From: an uncultured Opitutales bacterium
GTDB lineage: Bacteria; Verrucomicrobiota; Verrucomicrobiia; Opitutales; CAZQIE01
Reading direction: 5' to 3'
DNA length: 64,000 nucleotides
Assembly (NCBI GenBank): GCA_964593675.1
Contig: CAZQIE010000003.1
Coordinates: forward strand, 1,322 to 65,321
A program made the translations under genes and the position numbers. Below are positions 58,902 to 64,000 of the stretch, in pieces (the stretch's first letter is position 1; each line of letters begins with the position of its first letter). Below the pieces are notes generated by a model that saw only the letters and a program-made list of their open reading frames with translations, had not been told where the DNA came from and searched no databases.

Positions 58902-59098
58902 CCCCCAGAGGGGCCGGTCCCGTTCTCAGAAAGTATGCATGAGGACGCCTGGGCCGGGTGTAAAACGAAGCTGCGGCGGGCCTTGAAAACAGGCACACCT
59001 CGCGCTTGCGCAACTGGCTGTTGCTGTTCATCCTACGGGCACTACCAAAGCGGCGCGCTCCACGCGCCCACGGCGCCCCAACCGCCGGCAGTCTCGTA

Positions 59099-59869
59099 AT
59101 GGTGACCACTGCTTCCGCTCAGCCAAAGAATGCGTATCGGCGCATTCTGGGGCTTCCTTTTTTCGCCGGAACGCTCGAGGAATGCCTCGAACGCGTGCAC
59201 CAGGCGACAGGGCTGCTCGTCGCCCCATCCGGGCCTGGAATCGCGGATATGGAGCGGCACCCGGTATACCGGCAGAGCCTTGAGTATGCCGACACGATCC
59301 TGCCGGACAGTGGTTTCATGGTCCTGCTGTGGAACCTGTTGAAACGGGATTCCCTGAAACGCCTTTCTTGCTACACCTTTCTCAAGGCGTTCGTCCAGGA
59401 ACCCCTCGTCACGCTGCCGGGGCGGACGTTCTGGATCATGCCAACGGCCGAGAGCTGGGCGGTGTCGATGGACTACCTGAATGGCCAGTGCGGATTCAGC
59501 CTCTCGTCCTCAGACTGCTACCTGGCACCCTTCTACGGAGTCGGGCCGGTGGAAGACCAGGTCCTGCTGAAGCGGCTGAAGGAGTATCGCCCGCGCTACA
59601 TCGTCATAAACCTTGGCAGTGGGCCGCAGGAGAAACTCGGGTTTTTCCTGAAGTGCAACCTCGACTTCCCGGTGAGCATCCTGTGCACCGGCCCCGCCCT
59701 CGCCTTCATGGCTGGCCTCCAGGTGCGCATCCCGGACTGGGCGGACCGGTATTATCTCGGCTGGGCGCTCCGTTGCCTGCATGATCCTCTTCACTTTATC
59801 CCGCGCTACTGGAGCGCCCGCCGCGTCCTGCCCCTTCTCCTGAAGTACCAGCAGCGCAGCCCCAACTGA
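59099..59869 (+). CDS. WecB/TagA/CpsF-family glycosyltransferase (GT26)
   Basis: ATG at 59099. RRILGLPFFAGTLEECLERV ... VAPSGPGIADM ... ADTILPDSGFMVLL ... YIVINLGSGPQEKL matches the GT26 family pattern. Confidence 0.85.
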   Translation: MVTTASAQPKNAYRRILGLPFFAGTLEECLERVHQATGLLVAPSGPGIADMERHPVYRQSLEYADTILPDSGFMVLLWNLLKRDSLKRLSCYTFLKAFVQEPLVTLPGRTFWIMPTAESWAVSMDYLNGQCGFSLSSSDCYLAPFYGVGPVEDQVLLKRLKEYRPRYIVINLGSGPQEKLGFFLKCNLDFPVSILCTGPALAFMAGLQVRIPDWADRYYLGWALRCLHDPLHFIPRYWSARRVLPLLLKYQQRSPN

Positions 59870-59893
59870 CCGCTTTACCCTTTATATCGCCCC

Positions 59894-60757
59894 ATGCGCA
59901 TCGAGAAGATCATCACGTTGGCGAGCGCGCCGGTTCAGCTCTACTTCTCCGTGATGGAGCGTTCCCTGCGGGCAACGGGCTGTGACCTGCCCCTTTGGGT
60001 GATCCCTTACACGGACGATGCGACGTTCCCCTTGCCGCCGAACGCGCGTTGGTGGCGCGAGGATGCCCTGATGGAATGGCTGCGAAGCCGCGGAACGGTG
60101 CCGATCATGCGCAAGTATCAGTGCCTGCTGACTGGCGCTTATCAATACGTGGACACGGATGTCGTGTTCCTGCGCAACCCGGCAGACGCCTTGCGCGCCC
60201 ACGCTGGCTTTGTGGCAAGCTGCGGGCATTGGCACAACCCGGACGAAACCGTCACGGCGGAGTCGCGCGCCTGGCTGCACGCGCGTTCAACACTGTGGCC
60301 TTCCCGTGTGTTCAACGCCGGACAATTCGCGTGCGAGCCGACGCTCTATGACTTTCCGACGCTCCGGGCTCGGGCGGAGGCTCCAGAGTTCGTGGAAACG
60401 TGCGTGAGGCACCGCTTCCACGACCAACCGGGCTACAACCTGCTCGTGGCGGCGACCAACGTGCCGGTGACCAACCTGACGCTGCCGCCCGTAAACATGG
60501 AGTCCACCTGGGCTGGCGATTACGCGGGCGATTACAAGCCCTACTGGTCTTCACTGGAGCGCATGCCTTACCTCATCCATTGGGCCGGAGCGAAGCCTGA
60601 CCCCGAGACGCCGATTGGACGCCTGTTCCTCGACTTCCTGACCGCGAGCGAGCGGGCGAGTTACATCGAGCAGTATGCGCGCCGTCCAAAACCGGGTGCC
60701 CTCGCCACCCTGAAACAGCGCCTCGGGCGTGCCCGCCGCGCCTTTCGCCAGTCATGA
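59894..60757 (+). CDS. hypothetical protein, probable GT-A nucleotide-diphospho-sugar transferase (GT8-like)
   Basis: YQYVDTDVVFL (a DxD-type motif), VFNAGQFAC and FHDQPGYNLL resemble the three GT8-type motifs. There is no firm family match by eye. Confidence 0.6.
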   Translation: MRIEKIITLASAPVQLYFSVMERSLRATGCDLPLWVIPYTDDATFPLPPNARWWREDALMEWLRSRGTVPIMRKYQCLLTGAYQYVDTDVVFLRNPADALRAHAGFVASCGHWHNPDETVTAESRAWLHARSTLWPSRVFNAGQFACEPTLYDFPTLRARAEAPEFVETCVRHRFHDQPGYNLLVAATNVPVTNLTLPPVNMESTWAGDYAGDYKPYWSSLERMPYLIHWAGAKPDPETPIGRLFLDFLTASERASYIEQYARRPKPGALATLKQRLGRARRAFRQS

Positions 60758-61605
60758 GCTCGCCGCGCTTCTCCGTGGTTATCCCAACCTGCAGGCGACC
60801 GGACACCCTTCGCGCCTGTCTGGACCGCCTGGCACCAGGGGCGCAGGACCTGCCTCCGGGCGATTACGAGGTCATTGTGACCGATGACGGGGTTCCCACC
60901 GTTGAGAAACTGGTCTCGGAAGCATACCCGTGGGCAAAATGGACCCAGGGCCCCAGGAAAGGGCCTGCCGCGAACCGCAATCACGGGGCCGCGCAGGCAT
61001 CTGGTGCGTGGATAGTTTTCACGGACGACGACTGCATTCCCAGTCCCGGCTGGCTTGCGGCTTTCGCGGCCGCGCTGAAGCCGGAAGTGGAAGTGTATGA
61101 AGGGCGCACGGTGAGCGACCGCCCGCGGCGCACCCCGTTCGAATACGCGCCGGAAAACCGGGACGGCGGATTCTTGTGGTCGTGCAACCTGATACTGAGC
61201 CGGAAAGCCTTTTCGCAGCTCGGCGGATTTGATCCCGGTTTCCCATTCCCACAACTGGAGGATGTTGACCTGCGGCTCAGGATAGAGGCGGCAACGCTCG
61301 CGCACAAGTTTGTGCCGCAGGCTGAAGTGCTGCACCCCCAACGGCCGTTTCCGCGCGGGTTCCGCCGCATACGCGGGCACGAGTCTTATTTCTATCTGGC
61401 GCTCAAGCACGGGCGTAGCGTCCGCGATTTTGAGTTTCGGCCCCGTTACGTCCTGCGCGACTACGCCCGCGAGGCGCTGATGCAACAGCCATGGAGCAGC
61501 CGCCTCAAGTTCCTCGCGTGGGCCGCGGTGGAACTGGGCTACCTGCTCGTGCTCCCGCCGCTCTGGTGGCTGCGTCAGCGCCGGCGCGTAAAGCGGAACG
61601 CCTGA
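60754..61605 (+). CDS. glycosyltransferase family 2
   Basis: RFSVVIPTCRRPDTLRACLDRL, VIVTDDG, NRNHGAAQASGAWIVFTDDDCIP. The ATG overlaps the upstream stop as ATGA. Confidence 0.88.
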   Translation: MSSPRFSVVIPTCRRPDTLRACLDRLAPGAQDLPPGDYEVIVTDDGVPTVEKLVSEAYPWAKWTQGPRKGPAANRNHGAAQASGAWIVFTDDDCIPSPGWLAAFAAALKPEVEVYEGRTVSDRPRRTPFEYAPENRDGGFLWSCNLILSRKAFSQLGGFDPGFPFPQLEDVDLRLRIEAATLAHKFVPQAEVLHPQRPFPRGFRRIRGHESYFYLALKHGRSVRDFEFRPRYVLRDYAREALMQQPWSSRLKFLAWAAVELGYLLVLPPLWWLRQRRRVKRNA

Positions 61606-61612
61606 TCACGTC

Positions 61613-62692
61613 ATGTCTTTTCGCCGCAACATTGCAGAGCAGGTGCTCCGGGTGCTCGCGCCCAAAGCACAGCCCCCGCCCAAGGTCGTGCGCTCGATCT
61701 TCGTCCTGCGGAACAACGATCTCGGCGACCTCCTGGTCGTCACCCCCCTGTTCGCGGCGCTGCGCGACGCGTTCCCGTCCGCACGGATCGTGCTCGGGTG
61801 CGGAGACTGGGCGCGCCCGGTTGTCGAAAACAACCCGCATGTCGATGCCATCCTTCCGGTCAATGCACCCTGGCATAACCACCCGATTCAGGATCAAAGC
61901 CCGCGCGCACGGCTGAAGTATTTGCTGACGTCACCGGAAATTGAAGCCATCCGGCGCGAGGCTCCAGACGTGGGCATTGACGTCCTGGGAAGCATCTGGG
62001 GAACCGCGCTTCTGGCGCGGGCGGGCATACGGTGCCGCCTCGGTGTACGGGGCTACGCTGGAGGCCACCAGAGCTGCTGGCGTTCGGTGGATTTTGCACC
62101 AGACCTGCACGTGGGCGCCGCCTCCCTGCGCTTTGCCGCGGAACTGGGCGCACAGTCTGCCGCCTACACCAAGCCCATCCTTGCCCTGACGCCCGCTGAA
62201 CTGGCTGCTGGCGAGGCTTTATGGGCCGGGGCGCCGCGTCCGAGAGTATTGCTAGCGCCGGGTGCTGGCTTTCCGGAGAAGGCGTGGCCGCCCGCGTACT
62301 TCGCGCAAACGGCGAACGTCCTGATGCAGACGGCCGCGGTGGCCGTTACTGGAGGACCCAAAGACGGCCCGTTGGGGGCACAGATCGCGGCTGCGGCGCC
62401 CGGCGTGAAGGATTTCTGCGGAAAGCTTTCCCTGCGCGAAACGTTCGCGTTGGCTGCGGTCTCGGACGCGGTGTTGTGCAACAGCAGCCTGATGATGCAC
62501 GCGGCAGCGGCGCTCGACGTACCGGCCGTGGTCGTGCTCGGGCGGTGGTTCGCTTCCGCAAGCGCCCACGCGCGCCAATGGGGTCACCGCGGGCAAGCCA
62601 TCCTGGGCCCAGAGCCGGAAGCGCCGGCGCCCGTCTCACCTGTTGTGGTGATCGAAACGCTCCGAAACCAACTTTGCGCCCGAAAGCGATGA
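61613..62692 (+). CDS. glycosyltransferase family 9 (heptosyltransferase-like)
   Basis: SIFVLRNNDLGDLLVVTPLFAALRDAFPSARI ... LAPGAGFPEKAWP ... GGPKD ... LRETFALAAVSDAVLCNSSLMMHAAAALDVP is the GT9 pattern. Confidence 0.85.
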   Translation: MSFRRNIAEQVLRVLAPKAQPPPKVVRSIFVLRNNDLGDLLVVTPLFAALRDAFPSARIVLGCGDWARPVVENNPHVDAILPVNAPWHNHPIQDQSPRARLKYLLTSPEIEAIRREAPDVGIDVLGSIWGTALLARAGIRCRLGVRGYAGGHQSCWRSVDFAPDLHVGAASLRFAAELGAQSAAYTKPILALTPAELAAGEALWAGAPRPRVLLAPGAGFPEKAWPPAYFAQTANVLMQTAAVAVTGGPKDGPLGAQIAAAAPGVKDFCGKLSLRETFALAAVSDAVLCNSSLMMHAAAALDVPAVVVLGRWFASASAHARQWGHRGQAILGPEPEAPAPVSPVVVIETLRNQLCARKR

Positions 62693-63828
62693 GGATCCTG
62701 TTTGTCACAAATTGCCTGGAAGCGGAGCGTGACGGTGTGGGCGATTACACCCGAAACCTCGCCCTCTCGTGTGTGGAGGCTGGCCATCAGGCCGCTATGC
62801 TGTCGCTGTGCGACCGTTTCGCCCCGGCGCCGGGCACACCAGACCCTTCGGGCTTGCCCACGCTGCGCCTGAAAGACGCGCTGCGGAACCTCTCCGATGC
62901 CCGTGAGGTTGCCGCGTACTTTTCGGCGTGGAAGCCGGACACGGTGAGCGTGCAGGTAAGCCCATACGGCTACGACCCGCGCGGCTTGCTGGCCCGCCTC
63001 GGCAAGCTTCTTGAGCCCCTGGTCAAGGGCTGCGTGGTGCAGACGATGTTCCACGAAGTGTGGATCGGCGCCCACCGCGATAGCACGCTGAAATTGCGAC
63101 TGATCGGGCTCGTCCAACGGGCCGATATGGGCCGGTTCATGAAGCGCCTGCGCCCGCGCATCGTCCACACGCACGCGGCTCCCTACGTCGGGCTTCTAAG
63201 CCGCTTTGGTTATCCGGTGAAGCAGCTTCCCCTTTTCGGGTCCATCCCGATTCTCGCCGCCTTGCCCACCGGGACGTTTGTGGACTGGCTGCGGAAGCTG
63301 GCTGTGCCGTTGCCCGCGGACAACCGCGCCGGTTTCTGGCTGGGCGCACACTTTGGAGCCCTGCACCCGCAATGGCAGCCGGCGGCCCTGTTGCGCACCC
63401 TTGCCCGCGACGCCAAAGCGTCCAAACGCCCTGTTGTTTTGCTTGCCGTCGGGCACATGTGCGGCGGTGAAAACCGCTGGGACGCCACTGCGGCGGCGGC
63501 TCCGGAAGGGGTGCTCCTGCACCGGGTCGGGCCCTTGCCCGCCAAAGACGTGGCTCATCTTTTCGGCGGCCTGGACTTCGCGTTCACAACCACCCCCTGG
63601 AACCTGCTCGGCAAAAGCTCCACCGTGACGTCGCTCGCGGAACATGCGGTTCCCGTCCTCGTGGTCCGCAACGACTGCGATTTCGGCATCCCGCCTCCCC
63701 CGGCCCCAGGCCCCGGTATCCAGCTTATGGATACCGAGCTCCCCGGAATTTTGGGGAGACTCAAGCGCGGCACGGCCCGCTCAACGCGCGTGGACATCGC
63801 GACACGTTTTCTGCAAGATCTGAGCTAA
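62689..63828 (+). CDS. glycosyltransferase-like protein (GT-B, GT4-like N-terminus)
   Basis: ATG at 62689 overlaps the GT9 stop as ATGA. MRILFVTNCLEAERDGVGDYTRNLA is a typical GT4 N-terminus; the C-terminal half is divergent. The track ORF from 62221 is an out-of-context extension overlapping the GT9 gene. Confidence 0.6.
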   Translation: MRILFVTNCLEAERDGVGDYTRNLALSCVEAGHQAAMLSLCDRFAPAPGTPDPSGLPTLRLKDALRNLSDAREVAAYFSAWKPDTVSVQVSPYGYDPRGLLARLGKLLEPLVKGCVVQTMFHEVWIGAHRDSTLKLRLIGLVQRADMGRFMKRLRPRIVHTHAAPYVGLLSRFGYPVKQLPLFGSIPILAALPTGTFVDWLRKLAVPLPADNRAGFWLGAHFGALHPQWQPAALLRTLARDAKASKRPVVLLAVGHMCGGENRWDATAAAAPEGVLLHRVGPLPAKDVAHLFGGLDFAFTTTPWNLLGKSSTVTSLAEHAVPVLVVRNDCDFGIPPPPAPGPGIQLMDTELPGILGRLKRGTARSTRVDIATRFLQDLS

Positions 63829-63835
63829 CCTACCT

Positions 63836-64000
63836 ATGCGTATCCTCATCTGCACCCACAATTACTGGCCGAAGCTCGGCGGCATTGAGACGGTAACGCT
63901 CCTGATGGCCGAGGAATTCCAGAAGGCTGGCCACAGCGTGCAGATTGTGACGGCGACGCCGGAAGGCAGCGAACGCCGAGAGTTTCCCTGGCCGGTGCAC
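63836..64000 (+). CDS. glycosyltransferase family 4, N-terminal fragment (continues beyond window)
   Basis: ATG at 63836. MRILICTHNYWPKLGGIETVTLLMAEEFQKAGHSVQIVTA is a canonical GT4 N-terminal domain start. Confidence 0.7.
   Translation, partial: MRILICTHNYWPKLGGIETVTLLMAEEFQKAGHSVQIVTATPEGSERREFPWPVH

Noticed and set aside
62221-62688. Upstream 156 codons of ORF 62221..63828
   Set aside because: This part lies entirely inside the GT9 gene in another frame and is Arg/Gly-rich. The glycosyltransferase-like N-terminus MRILFVTN starts at 62689 with an ATGA overlap.

Overview
GC-rich bacterial chromosomal window with no rRNA, no CRISPR array and no recognisable transposase, integrase or phage genes. 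All calls rest on by-eye motif recognition against the supplied ORF track; no searches were run.

I can support 43 protein-coding genes (two truncated by the window edges), one tRNA-Gly(GCC), a type-A RNase P RNA, three terminator-like hairpins, one 71-bp tandem repeat and one AT-rich palindromic site.

Layout, left to right:
- AraC-family tail, secreted redoxin, polyprenyl-phosphate sugar-phosphate transferase, class III nucleotide cyclase.
- metH, preceded by a ~385-nt structured non-coding stretch, then rnpB.
- A ~16-kb co-directional minus-strand array: GlcF/GlcD-like oxidase, COG1579 zinc-ribbon protein, GT39 (ArnT/PMT-like) membrane glycosyltransferase, and a complete Wsp-type chemosensory operon. 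The operon holds CheB, a CheA-REC hybrid, a Cys-motif CheW, CheR-TPR, CheW and two Cache-type MCPs, and is headed by a STAS protein.
- A PEP-CTERM protein.
- A cluster of AraC regulator, URO-D-like protein, enolase-superfamily dehydratase and MFS transporter.
- A secreted C39-like peptidase and a DUF268 methyltransferase.
- A GH94-like phosphorylase next to a 3602-aa secreted multidomain protein with an embedded heparinase II/III-like region, divergent from a LacI regulator.
- deoA, an lpxC-fabZ fusion, lpxA.
- FAD oxidoreductase, GT4, tRNA-Gly, PstS-like binding protein, DUF2267, esterase.
- A six-gene glycosyltransferase cluster that runs off the right edge.

Most worth a second look:
1. The Wsp-like operon has no WspR-type output gene; a GT39 glycosyltransferase sits in that position and a STAS protein sits at the head.
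2. The giant lyase-containing surface protein and its LacI/GH94 neighbours.
3. The unassigned structured RNA-like region and perfect AT palindrome in front of metH.
4. The 71-bp tandem repeat at 53.0 kb and the 0.6-kb gene-free, hairpin-rich gap at 56 kb.

Taxon guess (inference only): a Verrucomicrobiota/Opitutales-like organism, from the LpxC-FabZ fusion, PEP-CTERM sorting signal, giant Ig-rich proteins and high GC.

Limits: start codons are uncertain by tens of codons for several genes. Many long ORFs in the track are antisense shadow ORFs typical of GC-rich DNA and were not called.
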